DNA of 63,310 bases, the filler included, from Octopus bimaculoides (lineage: Eukaryota): NCBI RefSeq assembly GCF_001194135.2. It is 3 parts of 3 records of this genome, joined end to end, with 100 filler letters (N's around TTAATTAATTAA, not from the genome) between each part and the next. Parts side by side here need not be neighbours in the genome. Positions count along the whole stretch, not along the records: positions 1 to 30,801 come from NC_068981.1; 2 more parts are not named here. One strand, given 5' to 3'. Below are positions 1-12,530 of this stretch, piece after piece. Within the stretch, counting starts at the first letter, position 1; each line of letters starts with the position of its first letter. The notes beneath the pieces were generated by a model. That model did no database searches. It saw nothing but the letters and a program-made list of their open reading frames with translations, and was not told the origin of the DNA. Both the position numbers and the translations under genes were made by a program.

Positions 1-1412
1 TATATATATATGCATATATATGTGTGTGTGTGTTGCAAGAGATGAAGACAAAAGAAAATACGGAAAACAGGTTTAAACACCACACAAAGAACACATATAC
101 GCTCACTGTTCATTAGTTACCGACCAAAAATCATCAAAATTTCGTGCAAATTTGTATTTAAAACGCAACAATAGAAACATTTGGAAATATTTCTTCAATA
201 AATAATGGGAGGGGCGGGGTGGTAGGAGCGGTTCGCTTCGTGCGGCACTTTTCATCCTGTTGTAGGGCTATTACTGTAAGCAATATGTGTTTTTTGTGGG
301 GTCCGGGAGCGGCAAACGAAAGGGCTGCCCCAGGCGACACACACTTAAGCTATGCTAGTGGTTAGATGGGTGTTGAGGAAGTGGAAAAACCTCCTGAAAT
401 ATAGCATATACACTCATTAACAATTTTTGTCTCCGATCTCATTGTTTGTTTACATCTGACGTCTCGATACGTTGTAGCTGGCTACAATTTCTGTAGAAAT
501 AACCTTAACAACATAATTTATCATTTAAGTATATATGCGTATGTCTAGATATGCAACTTTATGCATGAGAATACATACATAAAACAAAACATACAAATCT
601 GCACATGCATTCAAAAATACTCTGTTGATGTTGAAATTCCAATGAAGGAGCCTTGGATCTAGATTAGAAAGTGGCTTTTTCTCTATTGGCATAAAATCTT
701 GAAATAAAACTAAATAATGAGATACATACATACATCGAAGCATACCTGGAGACTGAGCCCACAGGCGAAACTCAAAGTAGCATGAGACAGACTTGACCAA
801 AATAAAAGAATTGATTAATCTCTATTATAGTATCGAGTACTCCATTTCAGACAGTCAGCAGTANNNNNNNNNNNNNNNNNNNNNNNNNNNNNNNNNNNNN
901 NNNNNNNNNNNNNNNNNNNNNNNNNNNNNNNNNNNNNNNNNNNNNNNNNNNNNNNNNNNNNNNNNNNNNNNNNNNNNNNNNNNNNNNNNNNNNNNNNNNN
1001 NNNNNNNNNNNNNNNNNNNNNNNNNNNNNNNNNNNNNNNNNNNNNNNNNNNNNNNNNNNNNNNNNNNNNNNNNNNNNNNNNNNNNNNNNNNNNNNNNNNN
1101 NNNNNNNNNNNNNNNNNNNNNNNNNNNNNNNNNNNNNNNNNNNNNNNNNNNNNNNNNNNNNNNNNNNNNNNNNNNNNNNNNNNNNNNNNNNNNNNNNNNN
1201 NNNNNNNNNNNNNNNNNNNNNNNNNNNNNNNNNNNNNNNNNNNNNNNNNNNNNNNNNNNNNNNNNNNNNNNNNNNNNNNNNNNNNNNNNNNNNNNNNNNN
1301 NNNNNNNNNNNNNNNNNNNNNNNNNNNNNNNNNNNNNNNNNNNNNNNNNNNNNNNNNNNNNNNNNNNNNNNNNNNNNNNNNNNNNNNNNNNNNNNNNNNN
1401 NNNNNNNNNNNN

Positions 1413-1469
<57 letters not shown>

Positions 1470-2962
1470 CATACATGCATACACATGTGAATGATGTGTA
1501 TTTGTGGGGAGGGGTGTATACATTGTGGAATAACCTCAAGACACAACTGTCGTTGGGTTTAATGGTTTTTGAAGTTACAGGCTGTTCATATTTCTCTAAC
1601 AGTCATTCATGCTTAAATTGAAACAGTAGCGCTCCTAAGTCCATTAACGAATTCAGACCTCAGCTTCACCTTTACAATGAAATTGTAACAGAGGAGGTGT
1701 ACAGTATTCGCGCGCTTTAGTGTAGGTGGCAAAGAATCATGGGAAATTGTTATAAACCTCAATACCGATGATTCAACTTTTAACCTCTAGTAAATTTCAT
1801 GGTGCCTTCTACATGTATGTCTGAGCGTCGAGTTTTGTATATAGCTATGTAAAAAAAAATCTTCCATGGTTTTTTCCATGCTTTTCTATCTAATTATATG
1901 TGCGCGTGTGTGTACGTATGTTTGCATAAATGTATGCATGTATGTCCTTTATATATATATATATATATATATNNNNNNNNNNNNNNNNNNNNNNNNNNNN
2001 NNNNNNNNNNNNNNNNNNNNNNNNNNNNNNNNNNNNNNNNNNNNNNNNNNNNNNNNNNNNNNNNNNNNNNNNNNNNNNNNNNNNNNNNNNNNNNNNNNNN
2101 NNNNNNNNNNNNNNNNNNNNNNNNNNNNNNNNNNNNNNNNNNNNNNNNNNNNNNNNNNNNNNNNNNNNNNNNNNNNNNNNNNNNNNNNNNNNNNNNNNNN
2201 NNNNNNNNNNNNNNNNNNNNNNNNNNNNNNNNNNNNNNNNNNNNNNNNNNNNNNNNNNNNNNNNNNNNNNNNNNNNNNNNNNNNNNNNNNNNNNNNNNNN
2301 NNNNNNGTTGGTCGCTGCTTAAAATGAAAAAAATAAAATTTTCCGTTTCATTGTAGGAAGAATAGATAACAGAAAAAGAAAGAGAAAGCTAAGCTTATGC
2401 TATTAAAACGGCCCACCCTCGTATAGTAAACAATTCTGGTGTGTGTCACAGACTATTATTTCTCAGTTCAATTGTTACTTTAAAGTGTCGCAGTCTCGAC
2501 ACTCGCTTATCCCATTAAGCGTAACAGACGCGTAACTTTCCTTCCGACTTTTCCACAGGAAGTTACTGTACTGAAAGAAGATAAGATCAGATATTAATGC
2601 TTGTCTTTCTTTCTTTTTTTCCTTCCGCCGCTGTCAAGAGCGCATTAGCAACGATTGTAGGTGATAAAACACCTCAAACAAAAATCTGATGAAAAGAAAA
2701 TCAAGAAAAACTAGTTGATATCATTAAACGTCAACTCATACCAACACGCACATTCATACGCACGCACATATATTATACAACAAGAAAGAGAGGGTCCGAG
2801 AGAAAGAGAGAGAGAGAGTTTCATTTATTATACATTTTTGTGGGCATATCTATATATAAATATACGTGCATGTGTTTGCACGTGCATATAAATATAAACA
2901 CTGTACTAATCAAAACAAAAAAAGAAACCCCTCAGCCGAATCAGGCACTCTAAAAAAGGAAT

Positions 2963-3140
2963 ATGTCAAACGCCGCGAAAGACGATAAAACTGATGTAGA
3001 TGTGAACGATTCGGATGAACAGTTAAATAAAAGAGAAACGTGGACGCGTAAAATAGACTTTTTATTGGCGTGTATTGGATTCTCCGTGGGACTTGGCAAT
3101 GTCTGGCGATTCCCGTATCTCTGTTACAGAAACGGTGGCG
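2963..3140 (+). CDS. First coding exon of an SLC6 (NSS) Na+/Cl--dependent transporter, GABA/creatine/taurine subgroup
   Basis: Translates [59 protein letters not shown](G), including the SLC6 TM1 signature [18 protein letters not shown]. A canonical donor G|GTAAGT at 3141 falls at the conserved phase-1 NGGG|AF intron position. Confidence 0.95.
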
Positions 3141-3267
3141 GTAAGTACCTTTTGCAGTTATATTAATCATAGCACTCTTATATAATTGGTTGGATCATGT
3201 GCCTGCTTTGGCACACACCGTTGCAAACATAAATATAAACATAAGCCCACAGCCACGTGCAGATATA

Positions 3268-3321
<54 letters not shown>

Positions 3322-3340
3322 CATATATATATATATACAC

Positions 3341-3407
<67 letters not shown>

Positions 3408-3581
3408 CACACACATATACATATATATCCAATTAAACATACATACACACATGCATATATATTTACACATACACACATACATATCTATCTATCTATCTAT
3501 CAATATATATACACACACACATATACATGCGCTCTCTCTCTCTCATACACATGCATAAAGTAAAAGAAGTGGTACATTTGC

Positions 3582-3624
<43 letters not shown>

Positions 3625-3909
3625 CATATGNNNNNNNNNNNNNNNNNNNNNNNNNNNNNNNNNNNNNNNNNNNNNNNNNNNNNNNNNNNNNNNNNNNNNN
3701 NNNNNNNNNNNNNNNNNNNNNNNNNNNNNNNNNNNNNNNNNNNNNNNNNNNNNNNNNNNNNNNNNNNNNNNNNNNNNNNNNNNNNNNNNNNNNNNNNNNN
3801 NNNNNNNNNNNNNNNNNNNNNNNNNNNNNNNNNNNNNNNNNNNNNNNNNNNNNNNNNNNNNNNNNNNNNNNNNNNNNNNNNNNNNNNNNNNNNNNNNNNN
3901 NNNNNNNNN

Positions 3910-3947
<38 letters not shown>

Positions 3948-4320
3948 TATATATCTGTATATATACATACACACATACATGCATAGATAGATACATACAT
4001 ACAAACATGCATACATACATATATACATACATAACGCATGTCTACATACATACACACATACACACATACATACATAAATGCCAAATATATCTTCGTGCAT
4101 GTATTTACAATAATTAAGTAATTAAATAAATATGTTAAATAAATGAATGATGACCCAAGTGCAGGAGGATGACGTTGTATCATAGGAAAACAGACAGTAA
4201 AAAATGTTAATGTAACATAATAATTCTATTATGGTGTGATGCTGACTTGGAAAATTAGCGCAGTGCTTCTATCATGTAGTGTCGCTTTAACAAGGTGGGT
4301 CAGTTAGACTATTAGGTTCA

Positions 4321-4461
4321 GGCATGCATGGGTGAGTCTTTAACGAGTTCGCTTCCCAACTACGTGGTTTCGGGTTCAGTTCTACTACGTGGTAGATATA
4401 TATGTATACATGTGTGTGTATACACGCATACACACATACATATATACAAACACACACATAC

Positions 4462-4517
<56 letters not shown>

Positions 4518-5315
4518 NNNNNNNNNNNNNNNNNNNNNNNNNNNNNNNNNNNNNNNNNNNNNNNNNNNNNNNNNNNNNNNNNNNNNNNNNNNNNNNNNNN
4601 NNNNNNNNNNNNNNNNNNNNNNNNNNNNNNNNNNNNNNNNNNNNNNNNNNNNNNNNNNNNNNNNNNNNNNNNNNNNNNNNNNNNNNNNNNNNNNNNNNNN
4701 NNNNNNNNNNNNNNNNNNNNNNNNNNNNNNNNNNNNNNNNNNNNNNNNNNNNNNNNNNNNNNNNNNNNNNNNNNNNNNNNNNNNNNNNNNNNNNNNNNNN
4801 NNNNNNNNNNNNNNNNNNNNNNNNNNNNNNNNNNNNNNNNNNNNNNNNNNNNNNNNNNNNNNNNNNNNNNNNNNNNNNNNNNNNNNNNNNNNNNNNNNNN
4901 NNNNNNNNNNNNNNNNNNNNNNNNNNNNNNNNNNNNNNNNNNNNNNNNNNNNNNNNNNNNNNNNNNNNNNNNNNNNNNNNNNNNNNNNNNNNNNNNNNNN
5001 NNNNNNNNNNNNNNNNNNNNNNNNNNNNNNNNNNNNNNNNNNNNNNNNNNNNNNNNNNNNNNNNNNNNNNNNNNNNNNNNNNNNNNNNNNNNNNNNNNNN
5101 NNNNNNNNNNNNNNNNNNNNNNNNNNNNNNNNNNNNNNNNNNNNNNNNNNNNNNNNNNNNNNNNNNNNNNNNNNNNNNNNNNNNNNNNNNNNNNNNNNNN
5201 NNNNNNNNNNNNNNNNNNNNNNNNNNNNNNNNNNNNNNNNNNNNNNNNNNNNNNNNNNNNNNNNNNNNNNNNNNNNNNNNNNNNNNNNNNNNNNNNNNNN
5301 NNNNNNNNNNNNNNN

Positions 5316-5381
<66 letters not shown>

Positions 5382-5622
5382 AACTAAGAGAGAGAATACA
5401 TATACACTTATACATACATGTGTGTGTGTGCATGCGTGTGTTTGTGAATTTGTGGGGCTATGTGTTTGTGTTTGTCACTCACCCCTTGAGAGACATGCGT
5501 TAGCAGTTTGACCAAAAGAGGCCGGTACACTAAGTACCAGCTTTAAATAGTAATTACATCAAGTTGGTCGCCCCAGCTTATCAAGGCTTCAGCATGATCG
5601 CAGTGCACTGACTAAAACAAGT
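4321..5622 (+). mobile_element. SINE family C, degenerate, spanning a gap at its internal microsatellite
   Basis: Head remnant 4321-4395; tail remnant 5460-5622 ending actaaaacaagtaaaagaata. Confidence 0.6.
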
Positions 5623-6182
5623 AAAAGAATAATTCCTGTAGATTCGTCTCAATAGAAAGAATCTTTGTAACTAAAATATTTGTATTTCTATATAGACACA
5701 TTTGCATCAGTATCATTCGGCTGTGATGTGAAGATAACGCCTGTAAAATAAAATGACAGTAATATCTGGATACGTTACACAAAGTCATGACAGCTAGGAC
5801 TGTGTTGCATGCAGTCAGATTGTTAAGCAATGTGGAAGAGGATAGGATTGTGTTGTAAACAGTCAGATTGTTAAGCAATATGGAAAATATTGCTGTACAA
5901 GTATTTATAGATTGAGTGTAGGGAGACTTTTAGTATCGGGTATGAATTGCAAATGCATAAGAAGCAGTAGGGGTGCATCTTTCATTTAGATTCATAGATA
6001 TGCAACATATATTAGAAGAGTTTCTAAGCGGGTGGTTTTACAGATGATTTTGGGCGAAGTTATGTAATTATATCAACGTATATAGATGTATAAATTAAAC
6101 TCATTCAAGGAATATATAGTTATACAGAGCATAACACTTGAATATATACATTCATACATACATATACAGATGTATGCATACA

Positions 6183-6264
<82 letters not shown>

Positions 6265-6487
6265 AGTTCCATTTGGGGTTAAATAAGACTCATTAAGGGA
6301 TAATAATATCCAGTGAATTTACTAGTTTCTTACCTATTACTTATTTTGAATTTTAGTTTTAATACTCAAAAATAAGTAATTAAAAAAACCGAGGTTTATA
6401 TTTAAGAAAAATAAGAACATGCTTTCTGTAATTAATAAATATAACTATTAATTGATTTGTCTCTGTTTTCTTATTTTTCTTATATAT

Positions 6488-6636
6488 GCGTGGCTATGTG
6501 GTAAGAAGCTTGCTTCCAACCACTAGGATCCGGTCTCAGTCCTAGTGTGTGGAACATTGGGCAAGTGTCTTCTACTATACTACGAATAAAACCTTGTGAG
6601 TGGATTTGACAGACGGAAACTGAAAGAAACCTGTCG
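6488..6636 (+). mobile_element. SINE family C 5' half
   Basis: gcgtggctatgtggtaagaagcttgcttcc...gggcaagtgtcttc...gacggaaactgaaagaaacctgtcg, then microsatellite and gap. Confidence 0.85.
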
Positions 6637-6640
6637 TATA

Positions 6641-6681
<41 letters not shown>

Positions 6682-7320
6682 NNNNNNNNNNNNNNNNNNN
6701 NNNNNNNNNNNNNNNNNNNNNNNNNNNNNNNNNNNNNNNNNNNNNNNNNNNNNNNNNNNNNNNNNNNNNNNNNNNNNNNNNNNNNNNNNNNNNNNNNNNN
6801 NNNNNNNNNNNNNNNNNNNNNNNNNNNNNNNNNNNNNNNNNNNNNNNNNNNNNNNNNNNNNNNNNNNNNNNNNNNNNNNNNNNNNNNNNNNNNNNNNNNN
6901 NNNNNNNNNNNNNNNNNNNNNNNNNNNNNNNNNNNNNNNNNNNNNNNNNNNNNNNNNNNNNNNNNNNNNNNNNNNNNNNNNNNNNNNNNNNNNNNNNNNN
7001 NNNNNNNNNNNNNNNNNNNNNNNNNNNNNNNNNNNNNNNNNNNNNNNNNNNNNNNNNNNNNNNNNNNNNNNNNNNNNNNNNNNNNNNNNNNNNNNNNNNN
7101 NNNNNNNNNNNNNNNNNNNNNNNNNNNNNNNNNNNNNNNNNNNNNNNNNNNNNNNNNNNNNNNNNNNNNNNNNNNNNNNNNNNNNNNNNNNNNNNNNNNN
7201 NNNNNNNNNNNNNNNNNNNNNNNNNNNNNNNNNNNNNNNNNNNNNNNNNNNNNCACACACACACACACACACACACACTAGCTGAGTATCCCGTCGTTTC
7301 CGGATAATTTTCACACTACT

Positions 7321-7379
7321 TATGTGGGAGTGCCATTCCAAAAGTTCGGCAAGGACCTTTGGAATAGCACTCCCACATA
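7321..7379. repeat. 23-bp stem hairpin with a 12-nt loop
   Basis: tatgtgggagtgccattccaaaag pairs with ctttggaatagcactcccacata. Confidence 0.8.
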
Positions 7380-8583
7380 AGTTGGATTATAGTAGTGTAT
7401 CTATGATATAGAAAACTGCTACTGTCTGAAATATATCAGGGACATATAAATTTTTTTACGATATATCTTATAATTGTATCATTGAAATATAGTATTGTAA
7501 TAGAGAATCGCCGTCAAACACAGGTATATGATGTGTAGCTGGATAAAGTTGGAGCATAGAAATTATACTGTTATATATCTTATATTTCGTGATATAGAGA
7601 TATTCTACTGTAAGTAGGGCAGTCAGACATTCTGTAATGTGACGTTGTGACACTGCTTTGTCTTAAAATTCAGACAATGTAATGTAATCTACATGTGTGA
7701 CATGAATATATAATATTAATGACTGAATATGTAACAAGGTAAAAAAATTCCCAACCAAGTTCACCTAAATTTAGATTAAGCTAACGTTCATTCAGATTAT
7801 TACTACCAAAATCCTTTATCACATTTACTACTGCGGTGGCGACTATCTCTACCATCACAAGAATAGAGAGAACAATGGAGAGAATACAGCATATCTAGAT
7901 TGTCACATATATCTCATACAATTCACCACTGCATGTTGGAGTGTGCAGTATAGTTCTCAGCTAGACATGTACATTTATTTCTGTTCTATATACACGCACA
8001 TGCGCGTGTGTTGAAATAGAGAGCAACATTTTTCAAGAATGTTATATTAAAGACACAACCACGCCCAAGTCTGGTTTGAACAAAAAGGGTCCTAAATCTA
8101 TTAAGATTAACGTTTGGTAACCTTCACAGCCTCATTCTCAAAATAAGTGATGATAATACTATCGTTTAGTTTACGCACCGTGCAGTGAGTCGCAATGTTC
8201 ATGGAAATACTTTTATGCAATCATCATGACAGGCTTACAATTTCATATAGAATTACACACATACACTGACTTTCGCACACAAAGGAGAACAACAATCTAG
8301 TTGAAAAATACAAAACAAAATTAAGCAATCAGATTACATGTAAAATAAATTATGAAATCTACCATTTTAAATCCGGAGTTGACGATTTTTATTAGTAAGC
8401 AAAAATATTCGCATGATCCTTGGCGACCAATTGTAAAACGTGCGAACAAAATGCTATTTTACTATTATTTTATTCCAAGGATTGGCTGATTGTTAAGGTA
8501 ATTAAACATCATTGGATTCATTAGTCCTTTTCCAAACTAAATATAAGAGAATTAATGAATATGAAGAACTCATAATAAAAAAA

Positions 8584-8661
8584 AATCAACTTGGGTAAAC
8601 TTTTACATAATCAACTTGGGTAAACTGTTACATAATCAACTTGGGTAAACTGTTACATAAT
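8584..8661. repeat. 25-bp tandem repeat x3
   Basis: Unit aatcaacttgggtaaactgttacat. Confidence 0.9.
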
Positions 8662-8996
8662 TCATAAATTAATACAAGCATAAAGACTTGCTTTTCAGGT
8701 CAATGAATATCAGAGTTACTTTACTTTTCTTGCATCCTCTCAGTAAATATATATATAAACGCAGATAGGCTACATTTAAATACTGATATATAGCAGACAA
8801 TATGTACTGAGGCGATGAAAGAAAAGTAAAGTACCTATGATATTCATTGACCTGAAGAGCAAGTCTTTATACTTGTTTTAATTTATAAATTATTCATCTG
8901 AATTATATAATTTATATTATATTATTTATATTAATGCAGGCATGTAAAATAATTTATTTATTTATTATACAATGAAATAAATAGTTTTTACATGAT

Positions 8997-9328
8997 TGTT
9001 GTAGTGAAATGATACACCTTTTCCCGCCTGACAAGTGGTATGAGTGAACCAGCCACTATAAAGTCAGGCATCAGCCGTTTGTAGGAGGTCAGAAGTAGTA
9101 GAGTCGTTGTAGCTGTACGAGTCAGTGTCAGTTATGTATGATATACGAGTTCGAATTATCGTCAAGGTAGACGTTTCAAAGTCATTGTCTTGCGGAACTA
9201 TCAGCGATAGCACGATAGACTGGTCAAAGATAATTAGACGTAGAATACCGCCACGATGTATTAGTGGCGACAAGAATATTACAGTATCGACAGCAACATA
9301 CAAGTAGACGAGGATCCACTTAATAACA
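8997..9328 (+). repeat. 5' LTR of the Gypsy element
   Basis: TG...CA ends, TATAAA at ~9057, aligns to 11692-12615 once two SINE insertions are removed. Confidence 0.85.
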
Positions 9329-9499
9329 GTGATGTCGAGGATATAAACAAATCATGCGGATAACGTTGAAAAACAAAAACATTCTTTTCACGAGAAAATA
9401 AACAATTCACGCGGACGATGTTGAAAACATTTCACGTGGAGAAATTAAAAACTCGACAGAGGAGTAACAAACATTTTTGTTGTATATATTTTACGAAAG

Positions 9500-10228
9500 A
9501 TCCGTAAAACTATGGAAAACTTGTTAGAGGATTTAGTTGAACTTCAAAAAACAGCAACAACAACAACTCAAAGAACAAGAACAGCAACAAATATTACAGC
9601 AACAAATGCTATAACTAATGAAGTTGGTAACAAAACTGGAAAATACGTTTTCACCTGACCATATAGCAAATTCAATGAATGAATTTAAATATGACCAGGA
9701 AGAAGGAATCACTATCGAGGCATATTACCGAAGACCTGAACAAATTTTTGAAAAAGACTAGACAGACGAAACGAAATTGCGTCTAATTCTGAGGAAACTG
9801 GCGACGATAGAGCATGAGAAATACTGTAACTTTATATTACCTAAAAAAGTTTCTGACATAAATTTCACGGACACAATTGACATTTTATGTAAGATTTTCA
9901 GGGAAAAAACATCGTTATTCAACACACGTTGGAAGTTTTTGAACACGGAGGAAAGCGATGACGAAGAATTTACCACATATGCAGGTAGAGTGAACAGAGA
10001 GTGTGAAAGATTTAAAGTGGATAAACTAACTCCAGACTCGTTCAAGTGCCTGCTTTTGTTCAGGGACTTACTGCTAAAAAGGACGCAGAAGTCAGAACGA
10101 AAATTCTCGCAAAGTTGGAAATGAAATAGGATATAACTTCAGAAATTGTCGGAAGAGTGCGATATGATATTAAAAGTACGGCCCGACACAGAAGAAATCC
10201 AAAGCAGTGATTGTTTACAGATAAGACC
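9500..10228 (+). pseudogene. Gypsy gag remnant
   Basis: Frame-broken ...LRLILRKLATIEHEKYCNFILPKKVSDINFTDTIDILCKIFREKTSLFNTRWKF...YAGRVNRECERFK... resembles K02A2.6-like gag N-terminal regions. Confidence 0.7.
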
Positions 10229-10229
10229 A

Positions 10230-11400
10230 ATGGTGTATTTACCTTCGAGAAAGTTAGGACATGCTGACGGCCTATCCAGGTTAATACCCAGAAATAGCGA
10301 ACCATTCAAAGACAGTAAAAGCAACCCTTAGAGCCGAAGGGCAAATGTGGAACATTATACAAGAGTTAACAATAACTCTGGAGGAGATAAAGCAACACGC
10401 GTCAAAAGATAAGTTCATTAATGAAACAAAAAAAAAAAACTATGGGCAGCTAAAGAAAACAAAAATAGGTTCGGTAAGAAAAAACAACAGCAGGTAAATA
10501 TATATTCAACGTGCGACGGCGTACTTATGGATGGCCAAAGGGTGGTGATACCTGAGACTCTACAAAAAAGAATGTTAAAAGAATTCCATACTGGACATCC
10601 GGGGATCGTAAGGATGAAAGCGCTCATGCGCAGTTATGTGTATTGGCCGAAGATGGACAAGGAAGTTGAAAACGTAGTAAAAAGGCTGCAGAGGATGTGC
10701 TCTGGCAGCGAAATTGCCTACTCAAAAATAGGAGCCTCGGCTAGAAGTAAAAAATCCATTGTCAAGACTACATATCGATTTTGCGGGTCTGTTAAATGGT
10801 TATTACTACTTAGTAGTAGTTGACAGTTTTACCGAATGGCCGAAATTGTTAAGTGCAAAAGACCAACCTCCGAAACGGTATCAAAGTTTTTGCACGAATT
10901 ATTCGCAAGATTTGGCATCCAAGATGTGATTGTACCTGATAGTGGAACGTAATTTGTGTCCAGTGAATTTAGAAAATTCTGCGAAATGTTCACGGAAAAA
11001 CATAAAATGATAGCACTTTACCACCCCAGATAAAATGGACAGGCAGAGCGGTTTGTTGACACTTTTAATAGAGCTTTGAGAAAAGCAAACAAGGAAGTTA
11101 CAGACGAAGTCGCTCTGCAGCAATTCCTAAGGGTATAAAGGGTGACACCGAACCCCAATACACCAGCAGAAAACTCACCAGCAAAACTGATGTTCGTTAG
11201 GAATGTGAAACCAGTTTTTGATAAACTGTTACCTGGCGAGGAACGAAAAAGTGCCAGGAAAGACATCAAAATGTTTCAAAATTGGTGATAAGATGTACAT
11301 GAGGTCGTATAAAAATGGAAAACAGTCCTGGGAAGAAGGCGAAATTACAAAGTACATAGGGAAAATGATGCACGAGGTAAAGAACAAAAGAAAAGATATT
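10230..11400 (+). pseudogene. Gypsy RNase H C-terminus plus integrase remnant
   Basis: LGHADGLSRL (RNase H end); HTGHPGIVRMKALMRSYVYWPKMD (H2C2 zinc domain); HIDFAG, VVVDSF, FARFG, NGQAERFVDTF (integrase core). Contains stops and frameshifts. Confidence 0.88.
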
Positions 11401-11845
11401 GAAAAAGACACAGAAACCAATTAAAGAAGGGATTCATAGAAAATGTACCAGACAGCTTGAAAGAACCTATGAAACGGCTATATGACACATTCCAGGTACC
11501 AACACCGTTACAGGTGGTTGAACCCGCGCATACAAGTGGAAGAAAAAGGAAGAAAACAGAGTTCCTACAATTAAACGCCAAAAAGAAAAAAATATAAAGT
11601 TGGAAAAAGAAACGCTAAAAAGGGAGCAGGAGTGAATAAAGTAAAATGAAATTACTTGCTTCCCAAAGAAAGAAAAAACTAAACGGAGAGATGTTGTAAT
11701 GAAATGGTATACTCCTTCCCACGTGACAAGTGGTATGACTGAACCAACCACTATAAAGTCAGGCATCAGCCGTTTGTAGGAGGTCAGAAGTAGTAGAGTC
11801 GTTGTACGTGTCAGTGTCAGCTACGTGTGATATACGAGTTCGAGT

Positions 11846-12228
11846 AGTGGATGCGCAATGGCCCAGTGGTTAGGGCAGCGGACTCGCGGTCATAGGATCG
11901 CAGTTTCGATTCCCAGACTGGGCGTTGTGAGTGTTTATTGATCGAAAACACCTACAGATCCACGAGGCTCCGGCAGGGGATGTTGGCGAACCCTGCTGTA
12001 CTCTTCCACCACAACTTTCTCTCACTCTTACTTCCTGTTTCTGTTGTGCCTGTAATTCAAAGGGTCAGCCTTGTCACACTGTGTCACGCTGAATATCCCC
12101 GAGAACTACGTTAAGGGTACACGTGTCTGTGGAGTGCTCAGCCACATGCACGTTAATTTCACGAGCAGGCTGTTCCGTTGATCGGATCAACTGGAACCCT
12201 CGACGTCGTAAGCGACGGAGTGCCAACA
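11846..12228 (+). mobile_element. tRNA-derived SINE family A, full length, inserted in the 3' LTR
   Basis: A-box tggcccagtggttagg, B-box-like tttcgattcc, (AAC)n tail. 12-bp TSD acgagttcgagt at 11834-11845 / 12229-12240. Confidence 0.92.
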
Positions 12229-12316
12229 ACGAGTTCGAGTTATCGTCAAGGTAGACGTTTCAAAGTTATTGTCTTGCGGAGCTATAAGCGATAGCACGAT
12301 AGACTGGTCAAAGATA

Positions 12317-12530
12317 TTCCTTTCTATCATAGGCACAAGGCCTGAAATTTGGGGGAGGGTGATGGTTGATTACATCGACCCTAGTACTCAACTGATACGA
12401 AATTTATCAACCCCAAAAGGATGAAAGACAAAGTCGACCTCGGCGGAATTTGAACTCAGAACGTAGCGGCAGATGAAATACTGCTAAGCATTTCGCCCGG
12501 CGTGCTAACGATTCTGCCAGCTCGCTGCCT
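12317..12530 (-). mobile_element. tRNA-derived SINE family B inserted in the 3' LTR
   Basis: Head aaggcagcgagctggcagaatcgttag...gagttcaaattcc and a central gactttg...tcatcc...gataaa domain. 17-bp TSD tagactggtcaaagata / tagacgggtcaaagata. Confidence 0.9.

Noticed and set aside
200-360. GC-box promoter or upstream non-coding exon (ggggcgggg at ~210, gtaagc at ~276)
   Set aside because: No transcript evidence. The 3' part (gccccaggcg...agctatgctagtg) resembles a decayed DNA-transposon end.
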